DNA from: Rebecca billardiae RCC1528
Lineage: Eukaryota; Protista; Haptophyta
Length of the DNA stretch: 64,000 nucleotides
Reading direction: 5' to 3'
NCBI GenBank assembly: GCA_965240325.2
Contig: OZ251226.1
Coordinates: 558,001 to 622,000, forward strand
Positions 55,618 through 64,000 of the stretch are shown here, piece after piece (position 1 is the first letter of the stretch; every line of letters begins with the position of its first letter). The translations under genes and the position numbers were made by a program. Below the pieces are notes generated by a model. It was not told where the DNA came from, did not search any database, and saw only the letters and a program-made list of their open reading frames with translations.

Positions 55618-57610
55618 TCAAGGCAGGATGTCTGCAACGGACTCGATGTGGTCAAAGCCGTCTTCGTTGATGCGCGAGTCCTCAAGGCTCTGGTCAAATG
55701 ACTTGTCGTGGTTCTACTGGCGATTGCATGGCGTTCCGCGCGAAGGCGTGCGCACGGACGCGTAAGCTGCGCATCCCGTCGCGCGCAGACCGAGGGGGTG
55801 GGCGCTCGGCTTCGCGGCAGGCGTGCGCTACGCACCCACTTCCCGTCGGACTTATCCGACTCGGCCTCAAAGTCGTCCGCGTCCGAGTGGTACGAGTCGG
55901 CCTCGAGCGACTCGATCTCCTCCGCGATGTCGTCCTCCAGCACGAGATCGTCGTCGTCATGAGCGGCAGGCGCGGGCGGCGGCTGCGGAGGCGCGAAAGG
56001 TGAGTGCGGGCCGGGGCGCGCAGGTCAGGGTTGGGGCTGTGGCGGTGGCGCGGGCGACGCGAGGGCGGGCGCGTATTGGCGTGCAGCGGGGCGTGGGCTG
56101 GCGCTCACCTTGGCCTCCTGTTCTCTGGGCGGCACGGTCGGCGCGGCGGCAGGCGCAGCTGCTGGCTTGGCGCTCGCTGCGTCGTGCTGCTGCGCCGGCC
56201 GCGGCGGCGGCGGCGGCGGGCTCTCGGCTTGCATCTCACGCAGCTTGCGCTCGATGGCACGCAGCCGCTGCATGTCCTCCTCGTTGCCGTCGTCCGGAGA
56301 CTCGCCGGGCAGGAGGATCTTCTTCTCCGCCGCCGGCTGCAGGGCCGACCCGCCCAGGCCGCCCTCCGGCTGTGGCGCGCTCGCGTGGCCCGGGCCGCCA
56401 AGTGGCGGCAGCCCTGCAAGGCTGGACATGGCCGAGCCGCCGCGCTTGCCGCCGAGCGGCGGGAGAGCACCGAGGAGCGAGCGCTCTGAGCCGGAGTCGC
56501 CCTTGCTGTCTGGCGTGCCGAGGAACGGATCTTCGCCCTTGCTCGAGCCAGCGTCCGGGTCCAGTGTGCCGGGCGAGTGCCGCCTTCCGGCGGCGCCGCC
56601 GTCTGGTGTGGTGCCCGAAGGTGAGCCGCTGCCGCTGCCCGCGGCAGCACTCAGGATGTCGAGCGCATCCTGTGGCCGCTCGCTGCGAGCCTTCGACTCG
56701 ACAGGCCGGAGGGAGCCCAGCCGCGCGGCGGAGGTCGGTGGTGCCAACGAAGGGACCGGCGGCTCGAGCTCGGCCGGGCCCGACGGTATCCCCGACGAAG
56801 CCGCCGGGCGCGCCGACAGCGGCTCGTCCGCCAGCGCGGCGGCGCCGCCGCCCAGCGGCTTGGGCGTGGCCGGTGCGAGCACACGCGCGGGCGGGAGCGG
56901 CGCGCTCGACGCGGCCGCGGCAGTCGGCGCCGCCGGCTCGGATGTGGATGGCCGCTCGCCGAGCGGTGAACGCTCGCCGAGGGGCTTGCCGCCCATCGGC
57001 TTTGGGGGCGGCGGGTCTGCGCTGCCGCTGGAGGCGAGCGTGGGCAGCGGTGCGGACGAACTGGGCGGCGGAGGCGGCGCGGCGGACGGCTCCGCCGCGC
57101 GCGTTGCGACCGACGGTGCGGCGTGGGCGCGCGCGCGCACGAGATCGTAGATGAGGGGCATCGCGCGCTCCCCGGCCGAGCCGGCGACGTCGAGCTTCAG
57201 CTTGCTCGCCAGGTCCTCGCGAGGCTCTGCGTCCGCTGCAAGGTTCGCCTCAGGTGTGAGCACGGCCGCCGTGTAGTCCAGCCCGCAGGCGACGAGGAAC
57301 TCGCGGACGAGCTCGAGCGCGAGGCGTCCATCAGCAGTGCGCTTCAGCTCCCGGAGCGTCGCAGGCTCTGCTGACGTCTCTGACCTCTCCTCCTGGATCG
57401 CCGAGAAGACGCTCGAGCGCAGCTCTGCGCGGATCTTGCCGAGCACTCCTGCGCACGGATGGCCGCGGGAGCCGGTGAGGGGGCGGGTGAGCCTTGGCAA
57501 AGTACACTGTTCCGCGTCCCGCCCCGCCTCGCGCGCGCACCGCGCGTCTCCAGTGTCCTTTGCACGATCCCCTTGAGCTCATCCAAGCTCTGGGAAGTAA
57601 TGCCCGCCAT
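55618..57610 (-). CDS. CEP43: FGFR1OP/CEP43-like centrosomal LisH protein; exons 57610-57541, 57448-56109, 55982-~55839, ~55713-55618
   Basis: ELKGIVQRTLETRGVLGKIRAELRSSVF, LELVREFL..GLDYT..V..PEA, acidic C-terminus ending GFDHIESVADILP*; boundaries of the last intron are approximate. Confidence 0.8.
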
Positions 57611-57696
57611 GGTGGGACGGCGGTTTGAATTTGAAAATGCGCTTTTCGTCGAGGAAAAAGTGTATTAAAAGTCGGCCCTTTGATGCTTTATGAATA

Positions 57697-59743
57697 TTAC
57701 CGATTTCGGGCAACCGAAATCGGCAAACAAAAGAAAACGGAAAAGTGAAAACCGATATCGAAAACGAAAACGATTTCGAGAAAACGAAAACGATTTCTCG
57801 AAAACGAAAACGATTTCGTTTTCGTTTTCTCGAAAACGAAAACGATTTCGAGAAAACGAAAACGTTTTCGAGAAAACGAAAACGTTTTCGACGAAAACGA
57901 TTTCGAGAAAACGAAAACGATTTCGAGAAAACGAAAACGATTTCGAGAAATCGTTTTCGTCTTCTTTCTCGAAATCGAAATCGCTTTCCGAGACGCTGTC
58001 GACGGAGGTTCGGTGCCGCGATGATCCGCCGATCTGAGAGCGATCTCGCGCTTTTGGCGGCGGATGGCGGTCTTCTGCTCCGACGTGGACCACGTCGCGC
58101 GCGTGGCGGCACTCGCCCCGTCACGATCGCGCTCGGGCTCGTTGCGGCTTGCTGGGCACCGGCACTGATACACGTAGCGCCCGTCTCCGCCCTCAGCTGA
58201 CCTCCGCGCGCCTTCCGCCGCCGCCGCCGCGTGCGCGATCGACCTGTACCGCACAGCTTGCGGAGCGGTGCGACTGTCCGTCACCGAACGCGCGCAGCTA
58301 GAGTGGCACTGCTTGAGCGGGACGCCCGTCGCGGGGTCTGCCCTCGCCATCGCTACCCCAGTATGTCCTCCGACGCCGTGTGCGCCCGCGTGTGCGCCGC
58401 CTCCTGGCCACGGGCAGCAGCGCACAGACGGACGGCGCGCCACTTCACGCGACTGCCGCGCCATCCAAGGCGACGCGCGCGGGTTGGGCGCGGGTTGGGA
58501 GGCCAGGTCGCCAACGTGCGGTGTCTGCAGCCTGCAGTCTCGTCTATATGCATCGAGCAGTACTACTAGTGAGCCGCGTGCCGTCCCGGAAGGTCACTGA
58601 GCTCGCTGCCTCAGGGACCTGCCATCTCGAGTGGGGTCGGCTCGTCTCACTTACCTTCAACTGTTTCTGCGCTCACCGATGGCCGTGTGTCCGAGCGAAT
58701 GTGCTGACTCAGAGTGCCGTGTGCTGCAGGGCGACGCGTGAACTAGACATGCATGGCTCTCGGGCGAGGAGCACGACCTGGCCTCCCAACCCGCGCGCGT
58801 CGCCTTGGATGGCGCGGCAGTCGCGTGAAGTGGCGCGCCGTCCGTCTGTGCGCTGCTGCCCGTGGCCAGGAGGCGGCGCACACGCGGGCGCACACGGCGT
58901 CGGAGGACATACTGGGGTAGCGATGGCGAGGGCAGACCCCGCGACGGGCGTCCCGCTCAAGCAGTGCCACTCTAGCTGCGCGCGTTCGGTGACGGACAGT
59001 CGCACCGCTCCGCAAGCTGTGCGGTACAGGTCGATCGCGCACGCGGCGGCGGCGGCGGAAGGCGCGCGGAGGTCAGCTGAGGGCGGAGACGGGCGCTACG
59101 TGTATCAGCGCCGGTGCCCAGCAAGCCGCAACGAGCCCGAGCGCGATCGTGACGGGGCGAGTGCCGCCACGCGCGCGACGTGGTCCACGTCGGAGCAGAA
59201 GACCGCCATCCGCCGCCAAAAGCGCGAGATCGCTCTCAGATCGGCGGATCATCGCGGCACCGAACCTCCGTCGACAGCGTCTCGGAAAGCGATTTCGATT
59301 TCGAGAAAGAAGACGAAAACGATTTCTCGAAATCGTTTTCGTTTTCTCGAAATCGTTTTCGTCGACGCCAGACGGTGCGTCGAGCTTCCGCTCGGCGATG
59401 GAGTGATGGGCGACTATGAGGGGGGGGACGACGGCGAGGAGCGCTGATCCTGGTGTTTGTCTCTGCTGCTCGATCTGCTGCTACAGCTTGCTGACTCTGA
59501 CGCCTGCCCGTTGCATACCACGTCGTTAATAGTTTTCTCGAAATCGTTTTCGTTTTCTCGAAAACGTTTTCGTTTTCTCGAAAACGTTTTCGTTTTCTCG
59601 AAATCGTTTTCGTTTTCGTTTTCGTTTTCGAGAAAACGAAAACGATTTCAAGAAAACGAAAACGATTTCGAGAAAGAAAACGTTTTCGTTTTCGATTTCT
59701 GGAAATCATTTGTGGCACGATTTCGGTTGCCCGAAATCGGTAA
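57697..59743. mobile_element. Foldback-type non-autonomous DNA transposon
   Basis: 26-bp TIRs TTACCGATTTCGGGCAACCGAAATCG flanked by TA on both sides; subterminal ~20-bp GAAAACGAAAACGATTTCGA arrays; ~600-bp internal inverted arms. Confidence 0.8.
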
Positions 59744-60363
59744 TAAACAGGGGCGTTGCGCTAGCTGGACAAACGCCTTCCGGTCTTTTCAGATCTGCGC
59801 TTTTCAAAACGAAATGTTCTGCGCTCTGTCCAACGGCAAAGCGCGGCGGATGGCGGCTTCGCCGCCGCATGGGCGGGCGATGGCGTTGCCCGCAGAAGAC
59901 GTGCGTCACAGGCAAGGAAGCGGGCAGATGGCGCGTCGCACGCGTCGTGGAAGTCGGTCGCGACGCTCGCCGGCCTCAGCGCGCGCGGCGAAGCCACGTC
60001 CATGGGCGCCCAGCGTGCAGGCGGCACGGCCACGCCGCTCGGCCGCAGCGACCGGCCTCGCACGCGTCCTTGCCGCGCGAAAGGGCATCCCAGCTGCGGT
60101 CATTCGACTTGTGCGTCAGGAGCAGTGTGCCAGCTAGCCGACGCGCACGCGCCGCGAGCTGCACGGCGTGCGCAAACGTAGCCCGCCGAGCGTGCGCCGA
60201 TGCGGCACAGCGGGAGAGGGCCCCGATCCGAAGGCGACTCTCGTCAGAGGCCCTCCGTAGCTTCGTGATCTACGAAAGCTAGCGTCCTCGCGTTTGTCCA
60301 GCTGGCGCAACGCTCCGGAGCCAAAATCGCCAAAATAATCGGAAAATCCCATCACAAACAAAG

Positions 60364-61218
60364 ATGGCTGACGACGCGCCCGTGCTGCATCCTGATGAGC
60401 CTCCAAGTGAGCGCAACAGGCGGCTCAAACGGTGCACGCTGTGCGAGCGTGCACCTGCGACCAGCTTCTGCGGTCGATGTCGGTGCACGCCGTACTGCTC
60501 GGCGGAGTGCGCACGCAAGCACTGGGCCAGCGCGCACAAGCAGGCATGTCGGCCGAACGAGCCTTGGGCCTCGAGACCACCCGAGCCGCTTCCTCCGCTT
60601 CGGCCCTTCACCGCCGAGGAGTCGGAGGCCTCGCACCACTACTACGTGCTCATACCGGGACGGACGCCGCGGGAGCCGCTCGACGAGCGCGACGGGGCAT
60701 GCATGCTTGTCGAGCCACTCGCTGATGCGGCGCTCGGCGGCCTCCATCGCACTGAGGACGGGCTGGCAACAGCTGCTGCATCCTACTTCGGCTGGGCGGT
60801 CGCGGACTGCCGGCCGGTGATGGGCTACTCGCACGAGGATGAGGAGTACATGGTCGTGTGCTTCGACGAGAACCTGCGCGAGCGCACCGACACCAACAAC
60901 GTCGCCTCTGCGTTTGTTCATTCGGAGCACGTGCTGGCTGGGCAGTTTGTGCTCGCCAAGTTCAGGCGGCCGCGTGCCGACGGCGCGGATGGGGCGGAGG
61001 ACGACGTCGGCGCCGGGAGCGGCTCGGCGCAGCTGATGCCCCTGCGTCTGCCTAAGGCCGAGATCGTCGACATCGCCATCTGGCGCCGCCACCTCTGCTC
61101 GCGCAGGGTGCATGGCGAGCGCATCGGCCACTCGACTCGTATGCACCGCGAGAACATGCGCCGCGCAGAGCGTCAGGAGCTCCTGCAAGGCATGCGATTC
61201 GAGAACGTCTACGTCTAG
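60364..61218 (+). CDS. MYND zinc-finger protein
   Basis: CTLC...CGRC..TPYCSAECARKHW..AHKQAC. Confidence 0.85.
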   Translation: MADDAPVLHPDEPPSERNRRLKRCTLCERAPATSFCGRCRCTPYCSAECARKHWASAHKQACRPNEPWASRPPEPLPPLRPFTAEESEASHHYYVLIPGRTPREPLDERDGACMLVEPLADAALGGLHRTEDGLATAAASYFGWAVADCRPVMGYSHEDEEYMVVCFDENLRERTDTNNVASAFVHSEHVLAGQFVLAKFRRPRADGADGAEDDVGAGSGSAQLMPLRLPKAEIVDIAIWRRHLCSRRVHGERIGHSTRMHRENMRRAERQELLQGMRFENVYV

Positions 61219-61362
61219 GAGCAGTGTCTTCAGGCGCGGCGAGTGTCACTGATGACTCAGATTGTTAGACTGAAGAAGAAGCGTGGGTGCTCCCTACCGC
61301 GCGTGTGGGCGATAGTCAGTCAGCCAGGGTGCCGCGGACTCAGCGAGGCCCAGGCGGGCGAA

Positions 61363-62512
61363 GGCCTGTTTTATTTCTACGAGAGCCCAACGGCGACATT
61401 CGCCAAAACGCGGTAAAATGGCGGCTTGCGGCTTGCCCGCTGGTGGTGGGTGCCGGCGCGATTGCGGAGTAGTGATGGCACGTCGTTGGCGCATGGTCGT
61501 ACTTGGGCGCTGAGCTGTAGCGAAAGGTGTTGCCAAGACATGCTGCTTGCTTCGCCATGACACAGAGGTCACTCGCAGCGCACGGCAGTGTGACCGGATC
61601 GCCGCGCCGCGGCGGCAGACCGCCGAGTAGTTGCGGGCGCGCTGCTAGCTGCAAGCACTCTGCCTTGGCTGCGTCGTGCCCGTGTCAGCTGGTGAACCAG
61701 GATCGTTGAACAACAGATGGACTGCAAATGATTCCAGCTCTACTCGGTCCGCCACCACTTCCTTGTCGAGCGTGAGATGTTTCCGTTGCGTGCGCTCGCA
61801 TGCAGCTTGCCGCCTGCATTTGAACGTGGTCACGGCAGGTTGGTGGGCCGGTTGCTTAAGCCTCCTCGGCGTAGATGACGACAAGGTGCGTGCCACGCGC
61901 ACCCATGACGCGCGGAAAGGCGTGCACACGCGTCCTCGCGCATCTAGCAGGCTGCAGTCTTGGACAAGATGATGAGAACAAGCCTGCCAGTGCCTCGCCG
62001 CGCGGGCGCGAGCGCGCGGAGAGTTCTAGGATCCGACCCATGGTGTTGGGTGTACCTCGTGTGCGACAATGACGAGGCGGACGAGAGCCGCAACTGGATT
62101 CCTGCACTCACCGGTCACCGAGGAGTGCAGGAATCGCGTTCCTCGCGCACGTGGGGGCCGCCATCGGCGGTGAGAGGTACACCCAACGGGGCGTGACACC
62201 GATTCCCACTGGCGAGCAACGGTTTGTCGCCGTGACATACAGTTTACTAAGAATAAGAGACGCACACAGCTCAGGCAGGCGAGATTGACGCCCGCCAACT
62301 GTCACCGCCCATGAAGCCGTCGCCGATGGTAGCGCCGCCGGAAAAAATCGTTCAGCCGTCCGCCTGCGAGGCCTGGACGAGGGCTGCGGCCGCCTCGCGG
62401 CGCGCCAGCGCCCGTCGTCCTCGCCCCACCGTCGTCCACAAAACGTCGTCGTCCGAACTCGCCGACTGGGCGCCGATGTAGTAAATGGAATCTGGTAGAA
62501 ATAAAACAGGCC
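61363..62512. mobile_element. 1150-bp non-autonomous TIR element
   Basis: Perfect 18-bp TIRs GGCCTGTTTTATTTCTAC / GTAGAAATAAAACAGGCC; CGAA duplicated at 61359-61362 and 62513-62516. Confidence 0.75.
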
Positions 62513-63133
62513 CGAAGCGGACCGGCCCGCCCAAAGGGGCAGGCGCCCGTCACTGAGGCGGACGGGGTCACATATCGTCAGATGATGGGTCAGGCAGCCC
62601 CGAACTCCCAGCCCCAGGGAGTTTGGGACTCCGGACTGCGGCCGAGATAGTAGTGCCGGATCGTGCCTCCGCCGGTACGTACGGGTAGATGCGGAAACTT
62701 ACCCGCGCGACTCCTGTGGAACGGTGTCACCGAGCACTGGCGCCCAGTCTGACATGCAATGATGCAGATGACTCCGGACTTGGACCTCGACGGTCCCGGT
62801 ACGACTACGTGTACCCACCGTCCGCACAGTTGCGGGCACAATATAATTATAGTATTATAATTATAACGCATATATTATTATTATTAATTTAATAATAAAA
62901 AGATATATATATATATAGACACATCGGATGATTCGGAATAATCATCATCGGATCGGTCATCATCGGACTGCTAATGCTTAATGAGAGTGATCAGATACTG
63001 ATAGACGCGCCGCGGGGGCGGCGACTCGCGATAATAATATAGGCGCGGCAGTCATCAAGGCTGAGACGAGTTGCTGACGTACGAGTCACCGCGTGCGGCA
63101 CGAAGTAATAGTCATCGTCAGAGACATCAATGG

Positions 63134-64000
63134 TCAAGTAATCGCGGCGCTGAGCCTGGCGGCTCCGCCGCTGTGTCGGCTCAAATCGGCGCTGTCGGAG
63201 GGGCCGGGGTTGCCATCCTCAGAGTCGATCCGCGAGTTCCTCGCCGAGCTGACGGCCGAGCCCGAGGCAGCGCTCAGGCGCATGCGATCCCCACCAGCGT
63301 CGGCGGCCACGCCCGACTCGCCCCCTGCCCCGGCCTCCGCCTCCGCGGCGATGTCCTTCACCTCCTTGAGCAGGCGCATGCGCGCGACGTCCGCCGCCAT
63401 CAAGTTCGTGCGGTGCTCCGCCTCGCGCCGCTCGACGTCGTCCGCCATGCTGTTGCTCAGGTCGCTCGTGTGGTCGCGCTTGAACTTGGAGCGCCGGCTG
63501 GCGCTGCCGGAGGTGCGACCCGGCGACGTCCCGCCTGCCCTCCTCGACAGCCCCGGGCTCGGGTGCGCCGCGCTCGACGTGGATCGCGAGACAGGCGGTG
63601 TGACGGGCACGGCGGCCGTGCGCACGAGCGAGTTCCCGTTGGTGAGGAGGTGGAGCGTCGCCTCCGCGGCGAGTTGCTCGCAGAGTGTGTCGTACGCGTC
63701 CTGCAGGTCGATCAGGTCGTTGGTGCGCACGCGCAGCGCGTGCATGATCGCGGCGCGCGTCTGCTCGATCGCCGCGTGCTCGGAGAGCAACGTCGCGCCC
63801 TCCGCGCCCACGCCGCCACCGCCGCCCCCGAGCAGCGACGATGCCAGCTGCCGCCTGAGCGCGCCCGCATCCGCGTCGGACACGCTCGGCCCCGCCGCGT
63901 CCGAGCCCTCCTCGACCAGGAGCGTCGGGTGCACAGTGGCGGAGCGCTCTCCTCCGCCCTCCTCGCCGTCGCCCTCGGCGGCAAAGGTCACGCCGCCCGC
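63134..64000 (-). CDS. 3' portion of an uncharacterised protein (partial, with coiled-coil segments)
   Basis: Open frame continues to the window edge; helical segments IEQTRAAIMHALRVRTNDLIDLQDAYD and RMRLLKEVKD. Confidence 0.55.
   Translation of the reverse strand, partial: AGGVTFAAEGDGEEGGGERSATVHPTLLVEEGSDAAGPSVSDADAGALRRQLASSLLGGGGGGVGAEGATLLSEHAAIEQTRAAIMHALRVRTNDLIDLQDAYDTLCEQLAAEATLHLLTNGNSLVRTAAVPVTPPVSRSTSSAAHPSPGLSRRAGGTSPGRTSGSASRRSKFKRDHTSDLSNSMADDVERREAEHRTNLMAADVARMRLLKEVKDIAAEAEAGAGGESGVAADAGGDRMRLSAASGSAVSSARNSRIDSEDGNPGPSDSADLSRHSGGAARLSAAIT

Noticed and set aside
57579-58200. KRKRFRE/FSFS-repeat ORFs
   Set aside because: Translations of the foldback element's tandem arrays

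Overview
GC-rich, gene-dense eukaryotic nuclear DNA with short, GC-rich spliceosomal introns (GTGCGC...GCGCAG, some GC-AG). The style suggests an alga, probably a haptophyte; this is inference and was not checked. About 25 protein-coding genes can be modelled, many in head-to-head pairs. Highlights: (i) a single-pass receptor with a LamG/Ig-cadherin/galactose-binding-like ectodomain and an intracellular HET/TIR-like domain; (ii) a co-oriented, intronless purine-catabolism cluster (PuuE-type allantoinase, uricase, guanine deaminase); (iii) several non-autonomous mobile elements: two families ending in a hairpin+ATA (Helentron/Helitron2-like), a foldback element with TA flanks, and a TIR element with a CGAA duplication; (iv) a dispersed ~52-bp motif that also forms the spacer of a repeat-spacer-repeat unit; (v) unusual architectures (CUE-like+RAMA, RING-less SNF2 with a SUMO-like tail, hydrolase-only RelA/SpoT, membrane-anchored CobW). 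No rRNA, tRNA or true CRISPR array was recognised. All family assignments come from motif recognition by eye, not database searches.
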